A stretch of DNA of 64,000 bases from Acidobacteriota bacterium (GCA_017883185.1 JADGOB010000002.1:10844-74843), one strand, 5' to 3'; numbered from the stretch's first letter, positions 18,205 to 28,931 are shown. The notes: generated by a model not told the origin, from the sequence alone. Translations and numbers: made by a program.

Positions 18205-19728
18205 TCAGGCGGCCGCTTCCGACTTCCCGAACAACCGCTCGAGCACCTCCGGCTTCGGCGCCGGCGTCAGCAGGCTGACAATCACCAGTAGGCCGATCGA
18301 GATGATCGCCGACGGATAGATGCTCGGAATCCCCCACGGATCCGCGCCGAAGACCGCGCCGCCCGCCCCTTGCGCCCCTTCCATGATGCCCGGCGCCATC
18401 CACGGCAGCACGAACTCGAAGAACACCGTGGCCAGCGCCCCGCCGACGATCGATGCCACGCCCCCCTGCCAGGTGGCGCGCTTCCATGTCAGGGCCGCGA
18501 ACAGCGCCGGCGTGACCGACACGCCATACATCGTGTAGGCGAAGTAGGCGTACTGCAGGATCGAAATCTGCGACTTCATGTAGGTCGGGACGAAGATCAT
18601 CAGGAAGGCGCAGAAGCCCATCACGACAATGAAGACCTTCTGGAGCGCGACCATCTTCGTCGGATCCGCGTTCGGGTTGATCATCCCCTGGTAGATGTCG
18701 CGTATCACGTTCGAGCTCGACGACAGGAGGTAGTTCATCCCGGTTGACAGCACCACCGCGCAAGCCGCGCCGAGCAGCAGCACGCCGACCGGGCCTGGCA
18801 CCATATACCGCGCAGCATTGAGGACCAGCGCCCGGCCGTCCCACCCCAACTGGTGCTCGGTGCTGTAGACCGAGGCATACACCGCGATCGCGATGACGAT
18901 GGTCTCGACCACGATGGTGCCGACGATCCAGATGGCCACCGCCTGCTTCGCTTCTTTCGGCGACCGTGCCGCGTAGAACTTCTGGTACATCGACTGCACG
19001 CCCATCAGGAGCAGCAGCGTCGAGAGGAAGTAGGCAAACCCCTTGAGCGCCGGGTACTTGCCGAAGTCCGAGGCGAACACCTGGAACTTGGTCGGCCCGA
19101 GGATCTCGTGGGCGTGGCCCCAGCCGCCGGCAAAGCTGACCACGAACGGCACCGCGAGGAGGCATGCCGAGACGATGATGATCCCGTTCGGCAGGTCCGT
19201 GTGGGCGACGGCCACCATCCCGCCGATGGTGACGAACAGGATGACGAAGCACGCCGTGATCGTCTGCCCGACCTCGAGCGAGATGTAGCCATCCGTCACG
19301 ACGTTGAGGATGTAGCCGCCCGCCCGGAACTGGTACGCGACGATCGTCGTGAAGGCGATGATCAGCGCGATGGCACCGAACAGCCGGGCGAACCGCCCGT
19401 ACCTCGCCTCGAGGATGTCGCCGACGGTGTACTGCCCGAAGGTGCGGATCTTCGCGGCCACGAAGTAGATGATGCCGATGCCCAGGAAGGCGCCGGCCGG
19501 CTGCCACACGGCGCTCCAGCCCGCGTAGGACGCGTATTCAGCGCCCGCGATGAACGTGCCCGATCCGATCCAGGTACAGACGAGCGTGAAGACCATCTTG
19601 GTGAGCGAGAGGCTGCGCCCCGCCAACATGAACTCGTCCTGCGACTTGACCTGCCGCGACCGGTAGATGTTGTAGACCGTCATCACCAGCAGGTAGGCCA
19701 GGATGACGTAGAGATAGTAGAAGCCCAC
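18205..19728 (-). CDS. Sodium:solute symporter (SSS family)
   Basis: FMLAGRSL, TWIGSG, TVGDILEARYG, GGMVAVAHTD and YQKFYAARS; about 13 hydrophobic segments. Confidence 0.9.
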   Translation of the reverse strand: MGFYYLYVILAYLLVMTVYNIYRSRQVKSQDEFMLAGRSLSLTKMVFTLVCTWIGSGTFIAGAEYASYAGWSAVWQPAGAFLGIGIIYFVAAKIRTFGQYTVGDILEARYGRFARLFGAIALIIAFTTIVAYQFRAGGYILNVVTDGYISLEVGQTITACFVILFVTIGGMVAVAHTDLPNGIIIVSACLLAVPFVVSFAGGWGHAHEILGPTKFQVFASDFGKYPALKGFAYFLSTLLLLMGVQSMYQKFYAARSPKEAKQAVAIWIVGTIVVETIVIAIAVYASVYSTEHQLGWDGRALVLNAARYMVPGPVGVLLLGAACAVVLSTGMNYLLSSSSNVIRDIYQGMINPNADPTKMVALQKVFIVVMGFCAFLMIFVPTYMKSQISILQYAYFAYTMYGVSVTPALFAALTWKRATWQGGVASIVGGALATVFFEFVLPWMAPGIMEGAQGAGGAVFGADPWGIPSIYPSAIISIGLLVIVSLLTPAPKPEVLERLFGKSEAAA

Positions 19729-19737
19729 TGTTACCTC

Positions 19738-19792
19738 CAGAAGTCGGGATTCAGGAAGAGCTCCTGAATCCTGAATTCTGAATCCTAGTTCC
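19738..19792. repeat. Inverted heptamer repeat cluster forming a hairpin
   Basis: GGATTCAGGA-AGAGC-TCCTGAATCC followed by TGAATTCTGAATCC. Confidence 0.6.
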
Positions 19793-20976
19793 TAGTTAAT
19801 CAACACCAGGTCCCGCTGCATCTCCCCCGCGACATCCACTTTCCCGGACGGCGTGATGAAGACGTCGATCTCCGATCGCACCGCCATCTCGCCGGCCAGG
19901 TAGATACCCGGCTCGATCGAGAAGCAGATGCCCGGCACCAGCTCGCGCTCGTCCTTCGTCTCGAGGTTGTCGATGTTCACGCCGTTGCCGTGCACGTCCT
20001 CGCCAATCGAGTGCCCGGTGCGATGGATGAAGTACGGCCCGTAGCCGGCCTTCTCCACCACGTTCCGGCACGCGTCATCCACTTCCCAGCCGTAGAGCTT
20101 CTTGCCCTCGGCGTAGCGGCCACGGATGAACGAGAGCGCCGCGTCGCGCGCGTCGCGGACGGTCGTGAAAATCTCGACGTACTTCGCGGGCGGGTTCCTG
20201 CCGACGAAGCCGCACCACGTGATGTCGTAGAAGATCGCGCCGGGCCGATCGAGCTTGGCCCAAAGGTCGATCAGCACGGTGTCGCCCGCCGCGATCGGCC
20301 GCGCGTTCGCGGGGGTGGGCTCGAAGTGCGGGTCGGCCGGCTGCTCGTTGGTGCCGACGATCGGGAACTCGCCCTTGCAGGTCAGGCCTTCCTCGCCGTA
20401 GCGGCGCACGATGAACTGCTGCACGTCGTACTGGGTCAGCGTCTTGCCGGCGCGCAGCGAATCGCCGATCAGCGCGAACGCCTGGTCCTTGATCCGCTGC
20501 ACGCGCTCGCCAGCCGCGAGATGGGACTGATACCCCGCCTCGTCCAGCACCGCCTGGAACGTCTGCACCAGGCCCGCCGACGACACGACCTCGAACCCGA
20601 GCGACCTGATCAGATCCACGGTGCCGCCGTCCACGATCGACACGTAGGGGATGTTGGCGGTGGGCGAGTACTGCATCGCCACCTTCTTCGCCGGACCGAG
20701 GATCGCCTTGAGGCTGGCGTGCAGCTCCCGCCACGACAGGTAGAGGCGCTTCTCGCCGGGCAGCGAATCGAGCTTGGTGGACTCGACCTTGTGCGCGAGC
20801 CTGATGGGCTCGCCCGTGGTTGGAATCCAGTAGAACCACCGCCGGCTCGTGAACTTGCCGTAGTCCATCCCGAGGACGTGGTAGGCAATCGCGTCGCGGT
20901 TGTGGAAATCGTACAATAGCCACCCGTCAGCGCCCGCCGCCTTCAACTCACTCTGAATCCGTGCAATGTCCGGCAT
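19792..20976 (-). CDS. M24 family Xaa-Pro aminopeptidase
   Basis: DPHFEP, LIDLW, DITW, HRTGHSIG, FSIEPGIY and RSEID metal-ligand motifs. Confidence 0.9.
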   Translation of the reverse strand: MPDIARIQSELKAAGADGWLLYDFHNRDAIAYHVLGMDYGKFTSRRWFYWIPTTGEPIRLAHKVESTKLDSLPGEKRLYLSWRELHASLKAILGPAKKVAMQYSPTANIPYVSIVDGGTVDLIRSLGFEVVSSAGLVQTFQAVLDEAGYQSHLAAGERVQRIKDQAFALIGDSLRAGKTLTQYDVQQFIVRRYGEEGLTCKGEFPIVGTNEQPADPHFEPTPANARPIAAGDTVLIDLWAKLDRPGAIFYDITWCGFVGRNPPAKYVEIFTTVRDARDAALSFIRGRYAEGKKLYGWEVDDACRNVVEKAGYGPYFIHRTGHSIGEDVHGNGVNIDNLETKDERELVPGICFSIEPGIYLAGEMAVRSEIDVFITPSGKVDVAGEMQRDLVLIN

Positions 20977-21083
20977 CGAAGCCTCCTGCAGTATGGGCGA
21001 ATCGAACGCCCCCCTCTTGGGCCGTCGCAGGATAACACAGGCTGGGGCTACCGCTGCAGGCCAACGTGCCGTAGAATCGCCGC

Positions 21084-23459
21084 ATGCCGCGGAACGACCT
21101 GACCGCCCAGCCTGCTTCGCGCCGCCTCCGTGCAGGCGTCGCCTGCCTCGCCAGCCTCGCCGTGATCCTCATGGCCAACGGGTGCCGCCCACACCCGGAG
21201 ACGGGATTCTCGCTCGAACGCGCCAGCAAGCACATCCGCATGCTGGCGACCGCGTTCGGGTCCCGTCCGTCTGGCAGCCAGGCCAATCGCCAGGCACGCG
21301 ACTACCTGGTCGATCAACTCCGCCGAGCCGGATTCGAGGTGCGCCTGCAGGAGGCGCTGGCTGACACCGACTCGGGCATGACGACCCCCGTGGTCAACGT
21401 CATCGCGACGCGGCCGGGCCGCCAAAGCGAGGCGATCGCCATCGTGAGCCATTACGACTCGCCGCCGGAATCGCGCGGCGCCGCCGACGACGGGCTCGGC
21501 GTCGCGGTCTGCCTCGAGGCCGCCCGGGTCCTGGCGGCGAGGACGGCTCCCCGATACACGTTGCTGGTCGCGCTGACTGACGGCGAGGAACTGGGGCTGA
21601 TGGGTGCCCGCGTGCTGCTCCCCGCCCCCGAGTTCGCGCAGGTGCGGGCGTTCCTCAACTTCGAAGCCGTCGGCACGCGTGGACCGGCCCGGCTCTTCCA
21701 GTCCGGACCGGGCAACTCGTGGCTGGCCGCCGCGTGGGCGGCGTCGACTCCCTTCCCTGCCGGATCGTCGCTCTTCACCGAGATCTACCGCCGGCTCCCC
21801 AACGACACCGACTTCTCCATCCTCACGCAGTCCGGGGCGCCCGGCCTGGACTTCGCGCCAACCGGGAACACCTTCGCTTACCACACAAAGCTCGACACCC
21901 CAGGCCAGCTCGAAACCGCCACCATTCAGCACCTGGGGGACAACGCCGTTCGGCTCGTCGATGCGCTCGAGGCTGTGGATATCCGGGAGCGGACGACGGA
22001 CAACGGGACGTTCTTCGACGTGGCTGGCCGCGTCGCGTTCTCATATTCCAGTGGACGCACCCGAGTCATCGCCGTCGCCGCGTTCGTGCTGGGCTTGCTG
22101 GCGGCCTACAAGTCGTTCTGTGCGGCCCGCGAGCAGGTCGGCTCCACCCGCCTGGTGGTCACCGCCATCTGGGCGCTGCTCGGCGTCGGCGCGGTGTTCG
22201 GGGGGCTCTGCCTCGCGTGCTATCTCCTTCGCCTCGCCAGCCACCTGCAACAGCCCTGGTACGCACAGGTTCACGTGTTCCCCATGTTCCTGGCGACGGT
22301 CGGCGTCGGCGCAATCTGGCTGGTGATCCTGCTGGGGCGCAGCCTGCCGACGATGGTCGCGCCGTCCGGCCACCCGTCGTGTGTCTGGATGCTCACGCTG
22401 CCGGTCTGGGCCGGGCTCCTGGCGTTCCTCCAGCGCACGGCGCCGGGCGTCGGGTATCTGTTCGCTTTCCCGCTGCTGACGGCCGCGATCCTCATCCTGG
22501 TGCTGCCGCTCCGCGAGGCGTCGGTCGGGCGCATCATTTCTGCCGTCGTCGCCGGTGTCGCGGGAGTCCTCTGGGTGCCGCTGCTGTGGCCGTTGTTCGA
22601 GTTCGTGGTCGGCCTGTTCGGGTCGCTCCCGGCCGTGGCGCCCGCGTGGTTGTACCCGGCGGTGGCCGTCGCCGGAATCGTCACGATCGGCCCGGCCCTG
22701 ACCGGCGTGTTCCTCGGAAGGGCGTCGCGCCTGCTCCCTGCCAGCGTCGTCACCTCGTTGCTGACCCTCGCCGTCGTCGCCTCCTCGTGGGTGATGGCGG
22801 TAGAGCCGGCCTACAGCGCCCAGCGACCCGAGCGTCGAACGATTCGATACCTGCAGGACATGCTGCAGGAGAAGGCGTTGTGGGAAGTGGGCACGCACGA
22901 GCGCGACGAGGCGCCGGCCGGGACGCAGCCGTCCTCGCCTCGCGAGTGGCAATCGGCAAACCATCCACCGGCGCTGTCGGTCCGGATCAGGCCGGTGACT
23001 GGCCCGTTCCGCTATCGTGCCCGCGCGGTCGGCCTCGTGGCCCCGCCGCTGGACGTGCGGAGCACCGCGCAGGGAGTGGAGGGCGGCACGGACGTCTGGC
23101 TCGAGACCACGGCGGTGCCGCTGCTCGAGGGCACGGGCGTCGCGTTCTCGCTGCCATCGGGCGTCACCCCGGTCGAATCGAACCTTCGGGGCGCGGTCCG
23201 CGACGGACGGTGGCGGGCGGTGGTCTTGCCGGCGCCGGCTGCAGGTGTGACGCTCCGCGTACTGCTGTCGCAGGACGGCCTGTCGCGCCTGCCTGACGCC
23301 CGCGTCACGGCCATCGTCTACGGCGTGCCCGGCGGGGTCGGCTGGCAACGGCTGCCGCGGTGGCTCCCGCAGGACACGATCGTATGGGGTGCGCAGTCGC
23401 ACTTCATTCTCCGGTGGCCGACGCCGGTGTGGCCCGCTCCGGTGACGATTCTCCAGTAG
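21084..23459 (+). CDS. Membrane-bound M28 family peptidase (ERMP1-like architecture)
   Basis: SHYDS, GAADDGLG, DGEELGLMGA, NDTDF and YHT followed by 8-9 transmembrane helices. Confidence 0.87.
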   Translation: MPRNDLTAQPASRRLRAGVACLASLAVILMANGCRPHPETGFSLERASKHIRMLATAFGSRPSGSQANRQARDYLVDQLRRAGFEVRLQEALADTDSGMTTPVVNVIATRPGRQSEAIAIVSHYDSPPESRGAADDGLGVAVCLEAARVLAARTAPRYTLLVALTDGEELGLMGARVLLPAPEFAQVRAFLNFEAVGTRGPARLFQSGPGNSWLAAAWAASTPFPAGSSLFTEIYRRLPNDTDFSILTQSGAPGLDFAPTGNTFAYHTKLDTPGQLETATIQHLGDNAVRLVDALEAVDIRERTTDNGTFFDVAGRVAFSYSSGRTRVIAVAAFVLGLLAAYKSFCAAREQVGSTRLVVTAIWALLGVGAVFGGLCLACYLLRLASHLQQPWYAQVHVFPMFLATVGVGAIWLVILLGRSLPTMVAPSGHPSCVWMLTLPVWAGLLAFLQRTAPGVGYLFAFPLLTAAILILVLPLREASVGRIISAVVAGVAGVLWVPLLWPLFEFVVGLFGSLPAVAPAWLYPAVAVAGIVTIGPALTGVFLGRASRLLPASVVTSLLTLAVVASSWVMAVEPAYSAQRPERRTIRYLQDMLQEKALWEVGTHERDEAPAGTQPSSPREWQSANHPPALSVRIRPVTGPFRYRARAVGLVAPPLDVRSTAQGVEGGTDVWLETTAVPLLEGTGVAFSLPSGVTPVESNLRGAVRDGRWRAVVLPAPAAGVTLRVLLSQDGLSRLPDARVTAIVYGVPGGVGWQRLPRWLPQDTIVWGAQSHFILRWPTPVWPAPVTILQ

Positions 23460-23551
23460 CCGGGTCTGCTCACGCGGGCCGAGGAGTCCGCCCGCCGGGC
23501 TTCGACTCCGGCCTTGATTCGTGGCCTTCGCCGATGACGAGGAGCCGACCG

Positions 23552-24325
23552 ATGCCGATGCGTTTCGACTTCAACTGCGACATGGGGGAGAGCTTCGGTG
23601 CCTGGACGATGGGACTCGACGAGGAGGTCATTCGCTTCGTCACATCGGCCAACATCGCCTGCGGCTTCCACGCGGGCGACCCGGCCACGATGCGCCGGAC
23701 CGTCCGTCTCGCCGAAGCCCACGGCGTGGGCATCGGGGCACATCCTGGCTTCCCGGACCTGCAGGGGTTCGGGCGGCGCAACCTGGCGGCCACGCCCGAT
23801 GACGTGCGGGACGACCTGGTCTATCAGATCGGCGCGCTCACCGGGTTCACCCGGGCGAAGAAGCTCCAGCACGTGAAACCGCACGGCGCCCTCTACAACA
23901 TGGCGGTGCCGGGCGGCGACCTGGCCCGGGCCATCGGGGACGCGGTGCTCGACACCGATCCGTCGCTGATCCTCGTGGTGCTCGCCGGCTCGAAGTGGGC
24001 CGACCAGGCAGAGAAGATGGGCCTGCGCGTCGCGCGCGAGGCGTTTGCCGACCGCGCGCTGATGCCCGACGGAACCCTGGTGCCACGGTCGAAGCCGGGA
24101 GCGGTGATCCACGACACGCAAGCGGTGATCGAGCGCAGCGTGCGACTGGCCATGGAGAAAACGGTGGTGGCGATCTCCGGCGAGGTGGTGCACGTCGAGG
24201 CGGACACGCTGTGCCTTCACGGGGACACGCCCAATGCGGTGACACTCGCGTCGGCGTTGAAGGCAGCGCTCGAAGCGGCCGGCGTGACGCTGTCCGCCCT
24301 CGGAAGCGGCCGAGAGGGACAATGA
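23552..24325 (+). CDS. pxpA: 5-oxoprolinase subunit A (LamB/YcsF)
   Basis: NCDMGESFG, ANIACGFHAGD, HVKPHGALYN and LCLHGD. Confidence 0.93.
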   Translation: MPMRFDFNCDMGESFGAWTMGLDEEVIRFVTSANIACGFHAGDPATMRRTVRLAEAHGVGIGAHPGFPDLQGFGRRNLAATPDDVRDDLVYQIGALTGFTRAKKLQHVKPHGALYNMAVPGGDLARAIGDAVLDTDPSLILVVLAGSKWADQAEKMGLRVAREAFADRALMPDGTLVPRSKPGAVIHDTQAVIERSVRLAMEKTVVAISGEVVHVEADTLCLHGDTPNAVTLASALKAALEAAGVTLSALGSGREGQ

Positions 24326-25062
24326 CTCCAGCCCCCTTGGCACCTCGGTTTCTCGTCGCAGGAGAGGCCGCGTTGATCGTCGAGTTCGGGGACTCGATCG
24401 ATCCCGCGATCAACCGCCGCGTCCGGGAGTTGTTCCTCGCGATCGAGCGAGCCGCTGTGGCCGGCGTGCGCGACCTGGTACCGACGTACCGATCCCTGCT
24501 GGTATCCTACGACCCGCTCCGCACGACGTTCGACAGCCTGCGCAGCCACCTTTCGGAGCTCGATGCGCACCTGGCCGACACGCCGCTGCCGCCGCCGAGA
24601 GTGGTGGAGATTCCCACGGCGTATGGCGGGACGTTCGGCCCCGACCTCGGGTTCGTGGCCGGGCACAACCATCTGACGGAAGACGAGGCGATCGCCATCC
24701 ATGCGGGCACCGACTACCTGGTCTACATGATGGGGTTCAGCCCTGGTTTCACGTACCTGGGCGGCATGTCTGAGCGCATCGCCGCCCCGCGCCTGAAGAC
24801 CCCGAGAACGGCCATTCCCGCCGGGTCGGTCGGCATCGCGCAGCAGCAGACGGGCATCTATCCCGTCGAGAGCCCGGGTGGATGGCAGTTGATCGGCCGG
24901 ACACCGGTCTCGCTGTTCGATCCGTCCCGCCACCCGCCGGTCGTCGTCGAGGCTGGCGACTACATCCGGTTCGTGCCGGTGACCCTCGATCGGTATTCCG
25001 CCATTCAGGATGAGATCCAACGCGGCACGTGGACCCTACCGGTGCGGGGGGTCACGACGTGA
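24322..25062 (+). CDS. pxpB: 5-oxoprolinase subunit B
   Basis: VPTYRSLLV, MGFSPGFTYLGG and IYPVESPGGWQLIGRT; ATGA overlap with pxpA. Confidence 0.92.
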   Translation: MTPAPLAPRFLVAGEAALIVEFGDSIDPAINRRVRELFLAIERAAVAGVRDLVPTYRSLLVSYDPLRTTFDSLRSHLSELDAHLADTPLPPPRVVEIPTAYGGTFGPDLGFVAGHNHLTEDEAIAIHAGTDYLVYMMGFSPGFTYLGGMSERIAAPRLKTPRTAIPAGSVGIAQQQTGIYPVESPGGWQLIGRTPVSLFDPSRHPPVVVEAGDYIRFVPVTLDRYSAIQDEIQRGTWTLPVRGVTT

Positions 25063-26075
25063 AGACGATTGAGGTACTCGACGGCGGGATGCTGACGACC
25101 GTCCAGGACCTCGGGCGGTTCGGGTATCAGCGCTACGGCGTGCCGACGTCCGGCGCGCTCGACCTGTTTTCCATGCGGGCGGCGAACCGCCTAGTCGGCA
25201 ATCCCGACGACGCGGCCGGCCTCGAGCTGACCCTGATCGGGCCGAGACTCGAGTTCGTCGTGCCAGCCACGATCGCGCTGACCGGTGCCGACCTCGGCGC
25301 GCGCCTGGGCGATCGACCGCTCCCGCGCTGGGAATCGGTTGTCGTCGAGCCTGGTGCCGTTCTCTCTTTCAGCGGGCCGCAGGACGGCGTGCGCGCGTAC
25401 CTCGCGGTGGCCGGCGGCGTCGATGTTCCGGAGGTGCTGGGCAGCCGCGCCACGTACATCCGGTCGAGGCTGGGAGGCATCGCCGGGAGGAAGCTCGAGG
25501 CCGGCGACGCCGTTCACGTGTCCGGCGATCGCCCGGTCCTGCTCGGTGGCGCCCTGCAACTGCCCGTCCCCCATCGCCCGATCTATGGCCACGCTCACCT
25601 GCTGCGGGTCGTGCTTGGGCCGCAGGACGATCGGTTCACGCCGAACGGCGTTCACACGTTCCTGTCGTCCACGTATTCCGTGTCGCCGCAGTCGGATCGG
25701 ATGGGCTACCGCCTGGCGGGCGCGGCTATCGAGCACCTGCGCGGCCCGGACATCGTGTCCGACGGGACGCCGTTGGGTGCGGTTCAGGTTGCCGGCGACG
25801 GGGTGCCGATCGTCCTTCTCGCCGACCGCGGCACGGCTGGCGGCTATACGAAGATCGCCACGGTCATCGGCCCCGACATTCCCCGGCTGGCCCAGGCTGC
25901 GCCGGGGGACGAGGTCACCTTCGACTCGGTCGGTCTCGACGACGCCTACGCAGCAGTCCGGGTGCAGGAAGCGGCCCTGGCCACGATCGGGCCGATCCGC
26001 CACGGGCCGGATGTCGCCCGGCTGAGGAAAGTGGCAGCCGTCGTCGCGACCGTTGCCTCGCTGCAGCGTCGGTAG
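25059..26075 (+). CDS. pxpC: 5-oxoprolinase subunit C
   Basis: TTVQDLGRFG, ANRLVGN, SDRMGYRL and GGYTKIATV; GTGA overlap with pxpB. Confidence 0.9.
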   Translation: MKTIEVLDGGMLTTVQDLGRFGYQRYGVPTSGALDLFSMRAANRLVGNPDDAAGLELTLIGPRLEFVVPATIALTGADLGARLGDRPLPRWESVVVEPGAVLSFSGPQDGVRAYLAVAGGVDVPEVLGSRATYIRSRLGGIAGRKLEAGDAVHVSGDRPVLLGGALQLPVPHRPIYGHAHLLRVVLGPQDDRFTPNGVHTFLSSTYSVSPQSDRMGYRLAGAAIEHLRGPDIVSDGTPLGAVQVAGDGVPIVLLADRGTAGGYTKIATVIGPDIPRLAQAAPGDEVTFDSVGLDDAYAAVRVQEAALATIGPIRHGPDVARLRKVAAVVATVASLQRR

Positions 26076-26125
26076 GCTACTGCCCCGTTGACGTCTGTCC
26101 GGATCGGCCCTACGATCGTGACCCC

Positions 26126-27652
26126 ATGCGCCTTCACGAGACCTTCATCAGAACGGCGAAGCGGTACGAGAAGAAGCTCGCCATCATCGACCGCGCGACG
26201 AACCAGCGCGTCACCTACAGGGCCGTCCTGCTCCGCGCCCTCATCCTCGCCGAGAAGTTGAAGTCGTGCGACGAGGGGTTCGTCGGCATCATGGTGCCGA
26301 CCAGCGCCGGCTGCATCTACGCGATGCTGGCCGTGCTCGTCAGCGGCCGCACGCCGGTCATGATCAACTACTCGACCGGGGCGGCCGAGAACTGCCGCGA
26401 CGCGCAGCGTCGCCTCGCCTTCCGCACGGTCCTCACCTCGCGGGCGCTCCTCGATCGGATCAAGTGCCCCGTGCTCGACGGCATGATCTGCCTCGAAGAT
26501 CTCGCCAAGCAGGTCAACGCGCTCGACAAGATTCGGGGCGCGCTTCGCGCGTCCGGGTCGGCCGACCGGATTATCGGCCGGCTGCCCCCAGGCGACGACG
26601 ACCAGAACGCGGTCGTCCTGTTCACCAGCGGCAGCGAGAGGGACCCGAAGGCGGTGCCGCTCACGCACGGGAATATCGCGGCGAACCTCGAGGCGGTCGC
26701 CCACGTGCTCGACTTCGGACCGGACGACATTCTCCTGGCGAACCTCCCATTTTTCCACGTGTTCGGCCTGACGGTCGATCTGTGGCTGCCCCTCGAACGC
26801 GGGATGACGATCGTCACCCACCCGAATCCCCTCGAGTTCCGATCGATCTGCAGCGCCGTCCGCGACGAAAAGGTGTCGGTGATGGTCGGCACCCCGGCGT
26901 TCCTCTCCGGGTACCTGCACAAGTCGGACCCGGACGACTTCAAGACGGTTCGCCTGCTGATTACCGGCGCAGACAAGTGCCCGGAAACACTCCGGCGGGG
27001 ATACTGGGACAAGCACCGGGTGATTCTCTACGAAGGCTACGGCACGACTGAGACGAGCCCGGTCATTTCGGTCAACACGCCGACTCACAACCGGGCCGGG
27101 TCGGTCGGCAGGGCGCTGCCGAACGTGCAGATCCGGCTCGAACACTACGAGACCGGCGAAGCGTGCGCGGTGAACGAGATCGGCAAGGTGCTGGTGAAGG
27201 GCCCGAACGTGATGAAGGGCTACTTCGACGATTTCGAGGCCACCTCGCTCAACATCCGCCGCGGCTGGTACGACACCGGCGACATGGGCTTCATGGACGA
27301 CGACGGGTATCTCTGGCACGTCGGTCGCCTGCGTCGTTTTCTCAAGATCGCCGGCGAGATGGTGTCGCTCGTGAAGGTCGAGGACGTGCTGGAACGGCTG
27401 GTGCCCGCCGACTGCACCTGCTGCGTCGTCGAAGTGCCAGACGCCCTCCGCGGCGCGCGCATCGTCGCGACGACGACCGAGCAGGTGGATGAACGGGCGA
27501 TCCTCGCGCAGATGGCGGAGTCGCTTCCGCGCATCGCGCTCCCGAAGCAGTTCGTCGTGCTGCCCGAGCTGCCCAAGATGAGCAGCGGCAAGCTGGATTT
27601 CCGGAAGATCACGGAAATCGTGCGCGAACTGGTGCAGCACCGCGACCACTGA
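26126..27652 (+). CDS. AMP-binding acyl-ACP synthetase-like protein (stand-alone Aas C-terminal module)
   Basis: LFTSGSERDPK, YEGYGTTE, WYDTGD, RFLKIAGEMVSL and SSGKLD. Confidence 0.85.
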   Translation: MRLHETFIRTAKRYEKKLAIIDRATNQRVTYRAVLLRALILAEKLKSCDEGFVGIMVPTSAGCIYAMLAVLVSGRTPVMINYSTGAAENCRDAQRRLAFRTVLTSRALLDRIKCPVLDGMICLEDLAKQVNALDKIRGALRASGSADRIIGRLPPGDDDQNAVVLFTSGSERDPKAVPLTHGNIAANLEAVAHVLDFGPDDILLANLPFFHVFGLTVDLWLPLERGMTIVTHPNPLEFRSICSAVRDEKVSVMVGTPAFLSGYLHKSDPDDFKTVRLLITGADKCPETLRRGYWDKHRVILYEGYGTTETSPVISVNTPTHNRAGSVGRALPNVQIRLEHYETGEACAVNEIGKVLVKGPNVMKGYFDDFEATSLNIRRGWYDTGDMGFMDDDGYLWHVGRLRRFLKIAGEMVSLVKVEDVLERLVPADCTCCVVEVPDALRGARIVATTTEQVDERAILAQMAESLPRIALPKQFVVLPELPKMSSGKLDFRKITEIVRELVQHRDH

Positions 27653-27677
27653 CAGGCTGAACCCTGGAAGATGTCTA
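27650..27677 (-). repeat. Truncated family A repeat between convergent genes
   Basis: Minus strand reads TAGACATCTTCCAGGGTTCAGCCTGTCA; the TAG is the MFS gene stop and the other end overlaps the TGA of the AMP-binding gene. Confidence 0.7.
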
Positions 27678-28931
27678 CCGGAGGGTCCGCCCGCGCGTTT
27701 CCGGGATCCAGATCCAGGCGACGGCCGCCAGGACGAAGGCTGCCGCGGCGGTGGCAAACGCGGCCGGGAAGCCGTGCGAATCGGCCAGCGTGCCGACCGT
27801 CCAGGGTGCGGCCGCGCTAGCGATTCTGCCGAGGTTGTAGGTGAACCCCTGCGCCGTGGCGCGGATGTTCGTCGGATAGATTTCGGCGGTCACCGCGCCG
27901 AAGCCGCTGAAGTACCCCGCGCCGAAGAACCCGACGAACGGCCCGATCAGCAGGAGCGCGAGCGGCGTCTGGAACGAGGCGTAGGCCATGACGAAGAACG
28001 CGGCCGCCAGCACGTACGTCACGTAGGTCCGCTTCCGTCCGAGCCGGTCGCTGATCAGGCCAAACGTGACGTAGCCAAACCACATCCCGATGTTCATCGT
28101 CACCAGCAGGAGCGTCTTGTAGGACGCGAGCCCCAGGCCGCCCCGCGCGGGCGACATTTCGAGATAGGCGGGAACCCACTGCGTGAACGCCCAGTACCCG
28201 TAGAGCGTGCAGGCGTTCATCAACGTCACGAACACCGTCAGCCGCAGCATCGGGCCGCGGAAAATGTCGGCGAACCGCCCCCGCGCAGCCGCCGAGGCGG
28301 CGCCGGCCGCACGCGCCTGCCGCCAGACCTGCGGTTCCTCCACGCGCCTCAGGACCCACGCCGTCACGACGGCGGGAAGAACGCCGACGAAGAAGACCGC
28401 GCGCCAGCCCCACGTGGGAAGCACCAGGTGGGTGACGATCGCGGCCGCAGCGTACCCGACCGCCCACGAGCTCTGGACGATCCCCAGCGCCTTGCCCCTG
28501 TGCTCATCCGGCCAGGTTTCCGACACCAGCGCGGCGCCGCTCGCCCACTCCCCGCCCATGCCGATCCCCAGCAGCGCACGGCAGACCATCAGGTGCCACG
28601 CGTTCTGCGCAAACCCGCACGCACCCGTGAACACCGAGTAGATGAGGATGCTGCCAATCAGCGCACGCGTGCGCCCGTAGCGGTCGGCGACGAGGCCGAA
28701 CATGATGCCGCCTATCGCCGCCGCGATCAGCGTGAACGATCCGATCAGGCCGGCGACCGACTTGGTGAACCCGAGGTCCGCCATGACGGCGGCCAGCACG
28801 AGCGCGTACAGGTTGACGTCGAACGAATCGAGCATCCAGCCCAGGCAGGCGGCTCCGAGCGCGCGCCGCGCTTCCGGTGTGGCGCCGCGATACCAGGCGA
28901 ACGGGCCGGGCGGGACGGTGGTGGTCGGCAT
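27675..28931 (-). CDS. MFS transporter (aromatic acid / sialate:H+ symporter-like)
   Basis: GWMLDSFD, ADRYGRTR, GIGMGGEW, ETWP and EIYPTNIRATAQG; the true start is ATG 28931, not the 1371-aa ORF start. Confidence 0.88.
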   Translation of the reverse strand: MPTTTVPPGPFAWYRGATPEARRALGAACLGWMLDSFDVNLYALVLAAVMADLGFTKSVAGLIGSFTLIAAAIGGIMFGLVADRYGRTRALIGSILIYSVFTGACGFAQNAWHLMVCRALLGIGMGGEWASGAALVSETWPDEHRGKALGIVQSSWAVGYAAAAIVTHLVLPTWGWRAVFFVGVLPAVVTAWVLRRVEEPQVWRQARAAGAASAAARGRFADIFRGPMLRLTVFVTLMNACTLYGYWAFTQWVPAYLEMSPARGGLGLASYKTLLLVTMNIGMWFGYVTFGLISDRLGRKRTYVTYVLAAAFFVMAYASFQTPLALLLIGPFVGFFGAGYFSGFGAVTAEIYPTNIRATAQGFTYNLGRIASAAAPWTVGTLADSHGFPAAFATAAAAFVLAAVAWIWIPETRGRTLR

